Shown here: in pieces, positions 37,381 to 47,390 of the stretch
Numbering within the stretch: the first letter of the stretch is position 1
Layout of the letters: the number at the start of each line of letters is the position of its first letter
From: Hyphochytrium catenoides
Taxonomy: Eukaryota > Protista > Hyphochytriomycota
DNA length: 64,000 nt
NCBI GenBank assembly: GCA_900088475.1
Contig: FLMG01000941.1
Location: 124,001-188,000, forward strand
Reading direction: 5' to 3'
Translations under genes and position numbers: made by a program
Notes under the pieces: model-generated
What the model was told of the DNA's origin: nothing
Database searches by the model: none
Seen by the model: the letters and a program-made list of their open reading frames with translations, nothing else

Positions 37381-40300
37381 ATGGACACTGCCGATCCGAA
37401 GTCGCCAAAGCCTAGTGTGGCTATCCGCGCACCCCCTCCTCCTGGTCAAGCATCTGGCCAGGAGGCTCCATCTCAAGGTCTGCAGGTCAAATTTCGCAGG
37501 GAGGCTGAGCTATTGGGGTTACAGCCGGCATCGCCGCGGACAGGAGAGAAAGAGCGGAATGGGCCGACCCAGAGCGCTGGCAGCACGCCTCCCATGTCCC
37601 CAAGGAACCAGAAGCCGCATTACCTAAGCCATCCTCGAGTCAAGACCACGTCCGCGTCGCTGGATCCTCAAGCGACATGGCGCTCTTTAGTGGAGAACTC
37701 GACCCATGTGGGGCTTCATAAGACCAACATTGATCCGGATACTGTCTTTGATGAGGAGAATGTCCAGGTATCTCTGCGTAACCCATTCTCCTTCTTCTCG
37801 TTGGTACCTCCTACGCACGGGGCCCAACCGCTTGCCTCTAACGGCTCCCATCTTCTCTCCTATTGCACCTTTATCCAACAACAGTATCTCACATACTTTC
37901 TATCACGCCTGGTACAGATCAAAGAGGACATCCTCCGTATGATTGTGCAATATCTAGAAGATGAAGGCTATTCGATCAGCTCCACCACCATCCAGGACGA
38001 GACAAACGTCAAACTTCATGAGCAACAGAATCGCAGAGCGCAGGTGAAGCGGATGAGGAAGTGTATAAAGGAGGGAGAGTGGGATATGGCCACGAAGTTG
38101 ACGACGAAACACCTAAAAAAGACCAGCCAGAAAGCTTTTCTCTATCAGATATACAGGCAGGAGTATCTGGAGCTCATTGACAGACATGAGTATCAAAAGG
38201 CCTTCACCTATTTGACGACCAGGTAATGCACGTGTCTTGACTCCCTCCTACTAGCTATCGAAGAGGTCAGGTCTGCTCCGTCGCCGGTGCGTTCAGCAAC
38301 GTGCGCCGCTGGGTGGCGGGAGAACACTATCCCGCTTTATGATTGCTGCACTAGCAATGCCTTCAGTCATTGACACTCATTATTCTTACCTGCTTTCCTT
38401 TCGGTGGCCCACTATCTCCTGCCCAGCATTTGCTATTTATAACATGAGGCGGTTGCGATGGGGGCTCACGGGCTAACCGTCTGTCCTGCCAGGCTGAAGC
38501 CTTTGGAGAACATAGCTCGTGGAAGCGGAAAGAATGAGTTCTTTGATCTCTGCTACCTTCTAACCTGCAAATCGGTGCATGACACGGACAGTTTTCGGAA
38601 CTGGCCGGGCGTTATGTCTGCCAGGTAGGTATATGCCGGAGACTGAGTAGGGAGACAGGGTACCGGGAATAGAGAGAGAACCGGTAGATGCGATGAAGGA
38701 GAGAGTGTGCATAGACAACAAATTCAGAAAGCCACATTGTTGGTCTCCCCTTTGCCTTTCGTTCTCTCATGATGAAGTCATTCCGGCTCCTGGCTAACCT
38801 TGTGGCTCTACTACCTCCTTATTTCAAGGGAGGAGCTTGCCGACTCTTTTCAAATGATGCTAGATATGGAGACATCCATATCATCTCATCATCCTCGCCT
38901 TCCTCCTCGACGCCTGGTCCAACTCCTCAAGCACGCAGTTACCTACCAAATGGAGTTCTCTCGTTATCATCCACGAATGGTCCCTAAAGTCTCGTCTCTT
39001 TTGCATGACTATGAGTGTGCTGTCCTCCCGAACTCTGTTAAAGCCACCCTTGTTGGCCACACGGCCAATGTAAAATGCGCTCACTTCGTGGGTAAGTTCA
39101 TTTATGAGGCGCTTGGTCAACAGATTTCCTCACATCACTCCTTTCATTATTTACTCTTCACTGGCTCTCTCGCTCGGCTTGAGCATCTCACCATTTAGTT
39201 ACCTAGCCGTCTGACATTGGTAAATGTACCAGGTACTGATGGGCTTCTCATTGCTTCTGGTTCGAGCGATAACACCATCAAGATCTGGCCAAGTGACATA
39301 GGAAATGCAAGAGCTTACGCGGATGCAGCAGGACTAGAGGCAGATGGGATATACGATGAAACCGGAAAAGCGAGCAGAGGTAAGTGCAGGGATGACATAC
39401 AGACAGCTCGGGCCAGAGAGATCGAGGACTGTGCCGGACTGAATAAGAGGCGATCTCCTTTGAGCGCCCAGCGCACTCTAATAAAATGGAAACGAAAGGC
39501 TTTTGCCAACAAGAGGGAGAGGAGGAATAGATGGCTCCACTCAAGAAAAGGGTTGCTTCTCGGTGGTCTGCATATGAGTTATCTTTTGATGGTCGTGCAG
39601 TGCGTAGAGTGTGGAAGCCGAAGAGGAACAATGGACGTTTTGCTCAATGTCAATAAAAAGCGAAAGAAAGTATCTAATGTCTTACTTTCCTGCAGACATG
39701 AGGGATCTAGAAGATTTTCTCCCTTTCTCAGAGTCCCCGCCCCAATGGCAGACCGCCACTCCTACTCCCCAGGACAGTGCCCGATCACACCCTGCAGACG
39801 GATCGTCAGAGATCACGCAGAGAGCTTGCAGGACTCTGAAGGGACATCTATCGCGAATATGGCAATTGGCCTCCACTGAGAGAGGTAAGGGAGAAAGCCT
39901 CAGTAACCTAGCCATAGGGACTTTAAATTTTTGCCCATGGACGGCGGAGTGATTTTTCTTCGGGATATCTCTTCTTTCTCGCCATCGTCGAAGGGCTACT
40001 TCTGCAGCAGTTAGATGCACTCATTTGGGGTCATTGCATGGAGTTGGATTGTGGTTTCTGCCGCAGCTGCTCTCCTGCGTGATGGCTCACTTGTCCGAAT
40101 CGCTGAATTGTATCTTCTCGTGACTTCAGGTCAATATTTGTACAGCGCTTCTGGAGATGGAACAGTTAAGGTCTGGGACCTACATGCGCCGGATGCCAAT
40201 GCATGTGTTAACACCTGGCAGTGTCACAAAGGTTAGCGGACGTAATGATTAGAGCTCCTTCTGTGTATGCACCTCTCCCTACGTTCCCATCGTCAATTGC

Positions 40301-41690
40301 CCTCAAAATTGCAGCCACTCCTTTCGGGCTTGCTATGATTGCTCTGCAGAGCTTGATAATTCTCCTACTTACGCCTCTAATTGGTTCAGGTGACGTGCAT
40401 TCTGTGAGCCTTCATCCTGGTGAAAAGCACTTTGTCTCTGGCGGTTATGATCGGACAGTCAAGCTTGTAGATGTAGCCACTGGCGCAATAGTCAAAACCT
40501 TTGAGGGACATACGGCGGCCGTATCTGGTAAGCGGCATGCTCTATCGTTTCCTGGTCCCTTCCCTGTCCTCCACTGTCGTCCGTCGCGCTAGGGACCTTA
40601 TACAGAAAGCAGTAGAAATATTGCGTTTGTTCAGCAGTTTTGCATCTTCTCAGTCTTTGCTGTCCCGCACTCTTTGATCTCTCTCTCGCCAGACACGATC
40701 TTCAACCCCCATGGCAATCTAATTATAAGCGGCTCTAAGGACAACACCATCAGATTCTGGGATATCGTAAGCGGTCTATGTGTCAAGACCATTCATCAGA
40801 CACTAGGAGAGGTAGGAGGATAAAAGAATAGGACGGACGCCAGCAGCGCTGAGGGCGAACTGCTGCCGTTTCCCTTCTTGTAAGCATTGTTCTCAATCAC
40901 TTTCAATGTCTGCTTGTCTTTGCTGCTCCTCCGTTGCCGCCCTTTAGGTGACCTCGGTAGAGATGAACAGCACCGGTCTCCTCCTCCTTAGTGGCAGCAG
41001 AAATAATAGCAACCGACTGTGGGATATCCGGATGACAGGCTCTCTTAGTAACAAGGAGGACAAGCCCTTACAAAGGTTCTGTTCCCTTTCTAACCATTTG
41101 ACCGTGACCACCTTCCATGCACCTTGACATAGAGCAGCCGTTCAGAGCCATAGCTGGAACTCCTTTTCCTCCCCTGACACATGCTCAGTTTCCTTACCCT
41201 ATACCATTGTGTTGACGCAAATCTGGTCCATGACCCTCACTCTGTGGCCTCCTCGTGCCTGCTTATCCCGTTTCCTAGGTTCAAGGGCCATCAGAACACT
41301 GCCAAGAACTTTGTTCGAGCCTCTTTCGGGCCACGGGAGAGCTTAGTGCTTGGCGGTTCAGAGGACGGCATGGTATACATATGGGACGTGGACTCAGGAA
41401 AACTCCTCCAGGTTAGTTGGCCGTATTCTTCCTTACCTCTCATCTTCTCTGTCTGCCTTATCTCGCTCATACCTCCATATCATCACTTCTCGACGTTTGG
41501 GGTTAGATTGACTCAACTGTCCGCTGTCTATCATCTCTGGCAGCGGCTCACTGGTCATCGTGGAGTGGTCTACTCCTGCTGCTGGAACGCCCGGCAGTCC
41601 ATGTTTGTTAGCAGCAGTCATGATGGGACTCTTAAGACCTGGTGGTGGGATGAGGCCAACCCTAACGGCTTCGACCTGAACAATGCATAA
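37381..41690 (+). CDS. LisH-CTLH-WD40 repeat protein (SMU1/WDR26/TOPLESS-like architecture), about 12 exons
   Basis: LisH (EDILRMIVQYLEDEGYSISSTTIQDE) and CTLH (IKEGEWD..FLYQIYRQEYLELI), then PPRRLVQLLKHAV and about seven WD40 repeats (SGSSDNTIKIW, SGDGTVKVWD, GGYDRTVKLVD, GSKDNTIRFWD, GGSEDGMVYIWD, SSHDGTLKTW). Confidence 0.9.
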
Positions 41691-42200
41691 CAGGGACTAT
41701 AGCCGACAGAGAGAGAGGGGAACCATGAGATGTGGGCCGAGAGCTAGCGGGGGGCCAGTAGCCTTTTGCTCTTCTTATTTATTAATTGCAAACCCTTTGC
41801 CATCGCTTTTTCGATGATCGCCTTGCTCGTCATTGGTGTCACAGTTTGGGAAGGACCATAGGAGAGATGGACACAGGAAAAGCACGGGCAAGGAGCGGTC
41901 ATCTTGACCGATGCTAGTGCGTCCAGAAGCATGGCAAAGAAGGACACAGGCTCCAGAAAGCAACATTCTCATCTGTTACCGGTGAAGCATTAGCAGGATC
42001 TCAAGGAACGTCAAAGGAGTTATGCAAGAGAGGGAAACACTAAGGGATACGTGGGGGCAAGTCAAAGGTTTATGATGGAGCCACTATCGTTAGGTTTAAT
42101 GGGAACCAGAAGCTACTGACTACTGCTCTACCTCCTACTTGGCTACTCTTTGGGTCACAGACGGGCGCAGAGAGAGAGAAGGAAGAGAGAGAAAGAGAGA

Positions 42201-43682
42201 CTAGTACACTCCAGGGATGAGGACATAGGGCACTCGTCTGCAATACTCTCGCCAGTCCTCTCCATACTTCTCTCTACATCTCTCCATGTCCCTCGCTGCC
42301 CTGTGCACCAGCACCACGACGAAAAAGCAGAAGTAGAAGTAAGGGATAAACGATCCAAAGCCTGTGATCAGCCCCCAGCTCAGCGCCATACACAGGTCCG
42401 CGGTATAATGCACCTTCCTGGCATATTGCCACCAGCCATCGACGAGCAGAAGGTTGCCCTGCCTGGTGCGGATGAAGTTTGGATTCTTCAGTGTGCCCCA
42501 AGGGAGCTGAGGGAAGGTCCATCGTGGGATAAAGGTTCCCCTCTGTTGCATGCGGAAGCGGTTCTTCTGACTGTTGGCCGTGTCCCAGACGTAGTACCCG
42601 CCTAAGAGGAGGACAAAGCAGAGGGCGTACCAGAGGGTTGAAGAGGAGAGAGAAAGAGAAGGAGAGAAAGAGAGAGAAGAAGGGGAGAGAGAAGGCTTCA
42701 TAGGCCCCCGTTCAAGGAGATAGAGAGAGGAGAGACAGTAGGTGAAGGGGACGCCTGCCAGATTCCAGAAGATCAGCATAAAGCCCCATTTCTCATAGAA
42801 GATATCCCAAGTCGTTGGAATGCATTCCTCTCCTTTCATGCAAGCATTAACATAGAGAAAGTGGGCCAGCGTCATGAAGAGAAGCTCAGGAGAGAAAGCT
42901 CCTTCTCTCTCCTTCTCTTTCAGAGCACAAGAGACGGAGATGAAGAAGAGAATGACCCAGGGAATGCGAATCTCTGCCCACATCTTCAGGTCTAGCTTCC
43001 CAATGCGCGGATTGAGCGGCGCTCCCATGAAGAAGTCATAGAGATGATTGCCTGACATTCTGTGAGCAGTGCCAAGAGAGAGAGAGAGAAAGTACGTCAA
43101 GAAGCTGACGAGAAAGCCAGAGAGGATCGCCACAGTCATTAATGGGCCAAAGTTGTCCACGATGTCGGTGAGAGGGAAGACGCCGGAGAGATGAAGAGCG
43201 AGAGACAAGAGAAGAAGAGAATAGAAGGACCAGACGCCGTTGCATTTGTACGAGAGCTGCCGTCCGCGTTCTGAAGGTAGAGGGAGACCCTTGACCTCTG
43301 GTCCTGGCATCACGTACGCCAGCAGAGCCTGGAGGAGAGAGAAGAGGCCGTAGATCTTCACAGCGTAGCCCGTCGGCGGCGCGTGGGTCCCAATGTCGGA
43401 GAGGAACGAAGAGAAAGAGGAAGGTAGAAAGAGTTTCCCTTGATGGAGGTGCACCGACAGCCATAGATAGTACATTAGCAGAGGGAAGCCGATCATCATC
43501 GCAGTGACGCCTGGAGCGCCTCCAAATTCATAGACAACGGCGCTGTCCACATCCTTCCCTTGAGACGTGACGGAGCCTTCAGACTGCTGGGCTGTCCCGC
43601 TCTTTTCTCTCTCTCCATTCGTCCAGTCTCTCTTTTCTCTCTCCTCTCTCGAGGTAGAGGCAGAGACTCTCTTCCTTGTCAT
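42201..43682 (-). CDS. ERG4: Delta(24(24(1)))-sterol reductase (ERG4 type), intronless, 493 aa
   Basis: Motifs YEFGGAPGVTAMMIGFPLLMYYLW, YDFFMGAPLNPR, DLKMWAEIRIPW, NACMKGEECIPTTWDIFYEKWGFMLIFWNLAGVP, DTANSQKNRFR, RWTFPQLPW, ARKVHYTAD and HRAARD. These are ERG4-specific rather than ERG24/DHCR7. Confidence 0.9.
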   Translation of the reverse strand: MTRKRVSASTSREEREKRDWTNGEREKSGTAQQSEGSVTSQGKDVDSAVVYEFGGAPGVTAMMIGFPLLMYYLWLSVHLHQGKLFLPSSFSSFLSDIGTHAPPTGYAVKIYGLFSLLQALLAYVMPGPEVKGLPLPSERGRQLSYKCNGVWSFYSLLLLSLALHLSGVFPLTDIVDNFGPLMTVAILSGFLVSFLTYFLSLSLGTAHRMSGNHLYDFFMGAPLNPRIGKLDLKMWAEIRIPWVILFFISVSCALKEKEREGAFSPELLFMTLAHFLYVNACMKGEECIPTTWDIFYEKWGFMLIFWNLAGVPFTYCLSSLYLLERGPMKPSLSPSSLSFSPSLSLSSSTLWYALCFVLLLGGYYVWDTANSQKNRFRMQQRGTFIPRWTFPQLPWGTLKNPNFIRTRQGNLLLVDGWWQYARKVHYTADLCMALSWGLITGFGSFIPYFYFCFFVVVLVHRAARDMERCREKYGEDWREYCRRVPYVLIPGVY

Positions 43683-44349
43683 AGCTTTAGAAGACGTAAG
43701 ACAAAGATAAAGGATGAGCTATTGACCGACCTTCCGTCTCCTTCAAGGAAAGAAACAGTTCTCTCCTGCTGGGATCTCACTAAGGAAGTTCAAAGCGTCT
43801 CTCTCTCTCTCTCTCTCTCTCCTGTTTGATCTACTGACTACTTTCCGTCTGCCAAGCTGCCAGACAAATCTTTCGAAGACTGCATAGACCGAGTCCATAG
43901 AAGGAAAAGCAGAAGAGAGTAAGATCGTGGCGAGAGTCGGGAGAGAAAAGAGAGAGTTGGGGGAGAGGAAGAGTGAGACCAAAGAGAAAAGAGAGGGAAG
44001 CAGAGGAAAGAAGAGGGAAGGCGCAGGTGAGGGAGAACGAAGGAGAGAAACAGCCGACATGGCCAAACAACCAGGAAAGATATTTGAATAGAGCGAGGGA
44101 GAGAGAGAGAGACAGAGACAGGAGAGAGAAAGAGAGAGACTACTGTCGCCCTTCGTGAAGGTCAAGGTGTTTCCTTCTATTTCTACTGCTATTGCTGGAC
44201 AGAGAGACGAAGTAGACACAAGGGCGGGACCCTGTTCCCCTTCCGCCCACCGACTGATGCTGACTACATTCCTACGTGATCAGAGAGACAAAGAAAGAGG
44301 AGAGAGCGGACACGAAGTGAGAGAAGGAATGAGCGATCATTGAGACATA

Positions 44350-44451
44350 AAAGAGAGAGAGAGTGTGTGAGAGAGAGAGAGAGAGAGGGAGAGAGAGAGA
44401 GAAAGAGAGAGAAAGAGAGAGAGAGTGTGTGAGAGAGAGAGAGGGAGAGGG

Positions 44452-44512
<61 letters not shown>

Positions 44513-44796
44513 CTACTGCCAGAGATGAATTAGAAAGATCATCCCCTAAATTTCTTTTCCACTCCGCCATGATGGCCAATTTACAAGTAAAAATAGTACT
44601 TGTTAATCTGCCATAAGTCCCTTCTACAAGGGAGTGGTAATATCCTCTGCTGTGTAAAGAATGATTATTCAACATTTTTGGCAGCCATAGCTCACAAATA
44701 AAGTACGAATGCTTGTCAAGATTGATGTAACGCCTTGTGAATAATCAGTTCCAAAGGAAACCTTGCTTGGTGGGCCTTGCCGTTACTTGTAATCAG

Positions 44797-44839
<43 letters not shown>

Positions 44840-44850
44840 TTCTTTCTCTT

Positions 44851-44888
<38 letters not shown>

Positions 44889-44950
44889 TCTATTCTCTCG
44901 CTCTCGCTCTCGCTCTCGCTCTCCGCTTTTTTCAATCTCTCTCTCTCTCT
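44350..44950. promoter_or_regulatory. Putative bidirectional promoter: AT-rich core (about 44520-44790) flanked by (GA)n on the left and (CT)n on the right
   Basis: Lies between the divergent ERG4 and ankyrin-RING genes, so each gene's sense strand carries a CT tract. Confidence 0.5.
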
Positions 44951-45274
44951 TCCCTTGATGCACTTGCAGACTCGTCCTCTTTTCCTGCCTTCCAGACATC
45001 AAAGGGCACACTGGCGAGGGGGAGGAAGAGAGACAGAGACAGAGGGAGAGAGGAGAGGTGAAATGCAGAGGAGAAGGAAGAGACACTCGCGTATTAGGAG
45101 AGTGACAACTGAGAGACAGGCGGGAGAGAGCTGAGATCACAGCTCTTAAGAATGGCAGGGGAGTGGCATCTGGGCTCGTGTTGGCGACGACGGCTGAAGA
45201 TTGAAGCTGCAAGAAGCTGGCGAGTGAAGAGAAGAGATTATAAGTAGAGAGAACAGACGACGTAGAGTTCCTCT

Positions 45275-45334
<60 letters not shown>

Positions 45335-45366
45335 ATGAATAGAACGAGAGAAAAGTTGGCTGGTTG

Positions 45367-46339
45367 ATGGAGGGAGGAGGAGGAGGAGCAGCAAAGCTCC
45401 TTGACCGGCGGTCCATGTTGCAGAAAGGATTCCCAAGTCTTAGACCTGCAGGAGGGACAGTCGCAGCCATCATCGCGGGGTAAGGGAGCGGAGAAGGAGG
45501 AGAGGAAGAGGAGAGGACGCAGGAAAATGTCCGGGAGAGAGAAGTGCGAAGTGAAGGAAGAGGAACGGGGCGACAAGGGCACAACGCTGATAAGAAAGAG
45601 GAAGAGAGTGGGGCGTTTTGCGTATGATGCGAGGCTGTGCCTGCTCTCTCTCGCTCTCGCTCTGTCTCTCTTCTCTCTCTCTCTCTCTCTCTCTCCATCC
45701 TTCTAGGACTCTCTCGTCCGCTCTATTCTTCCATCTTCTCGGTACCCTGCCCATAACCTTTTCTTGATCTCTCTTCCCGCTAGACTCAGCGACAGCGATG
45801 AGGAAGAAGAGGAAGATAGAGTCGGCCCCATTTTTTCTGGGACCTCTAAGAGAGGTGAAGGTGTGGTTTTTCAAGATGCGCTGGGTACGTTTTGTGGTTA
45901 ACAGCTCTCTCTGTGTCTTCTTTGACTCTCGCAGTCCGTTCTCCCGTCAATTCTCTCACAACTTCTTCTCGTTCTCTTTCTCTCTCTCTGTATCCTCTCT
46001 CTCTCTCTGTATCTCCTCTCTCTCTCTCTCTCTTTTTCTCTCTCTCTCTCTTTCNNNNNNNNNNNNNNNNNNNNNNNNNNNNNNNNNNNNNNNNNNNNNN
46101 NNNNNNNTCTCTCTCTCTCTCTCTCTCTCTCTTTCAGCTCTCACACTCTCTCCTTTCCTTCTGTTCCATCGTTCCCATTCATCTAGTTCGATAGGCATTC
46201 AGATCATGTCCTCTTTCCATCTTATGATGCTCTTGATCCACCTCCTGTTTCCCTCTTTTCCTTCAAATGTCCTCTGTTTGCCTCTTCTAGCGCTGTTTCT
46301 ACTTTCAACTCCTCTGACAGTAAGCCCTTGTTCCTCTTG

Positions 46340-46401
<62 letters not shown>

Positions 46402-46870
46402 CCCTGACGTAGAGGCGACGACTAGTCGGCTGTACGCGCCCCGTTCTAGCGATACAAGCAGGAGCCTGCAGAAGTCCTTTGACTCTCGGCAGAGAAAGGG
46501 GAACAGCGTCTCTCTTCTTCCCTCCTCTCCTCAACTTCTCTCTCTTGATGCTCTAGCTGACCAACAGATAGTGGAAGGGCCCGACGACGTTGATAGTGCC
46601 AGACAGACTGATGGGAGAGGAGAAAGCAAGAGAGAGAGGGAGAAAAAAGAGGGACGAGAGAAAAGCGGTGAAGAGCTGAGGAGAAAGGATACTTCAGACT
46701 CTTTTGACTTTGATGAGCAGAACTCTCGAGGGGGAGGAGGAGGGATGGGGAAGCTTCCTCCTACTCTGCAGAAAAAAGTAGATCAGAAGACCACTTTTAC
46801 ATGTCCTCGGTGAGAAGAAGGGTTCACTCTCTCTCTCCTTCTCTGTCTCTCTCTCTTTCACTCTCTCTCG

Positions 46871-46907
<37 letters not shown>

Positions 46908-47125
46908 TTTTCTTCCGGTTGCCGGCTTTGTGTCTCTACCTTAGTTCAGTCTCGCGTCTCTCTCTCCTAGCTTTATCTCAATCTCCCGTGCTGTGTCTCT
47001 CTGTCCTTCTCTCCTTTTCTATGATCAGACAGTCGCTCTTCTCTCCTATCTCTCATATGGACGCACTACTACTTTTCTCGCCATACTCCGTGTCTCTTGT
47101 CTGTTCATTAGTATTCTGACTCCTT

Positions 47126-47159
<34 letters not shown>

Positions 47160-47293
47160 TTCTGTTCTCCTCCCTTTTATCTTGTAGGTTGTTCTTCCGA
47201 CAATTAGTCGTCTCTCTCTCACTTTCGCGTTTCCTAAGTCTCTTTGTCCTTTCTACTCTATAGTATTGTCCCTCATCGCTCACTGATAGGCCT

Positions 47294-47329
<36 letters not shown>

Positions 47330-47350
47330 NNNNNNNNNNNNNNNNNNNNN

Positions 47351-47390
<40 letters not shown>

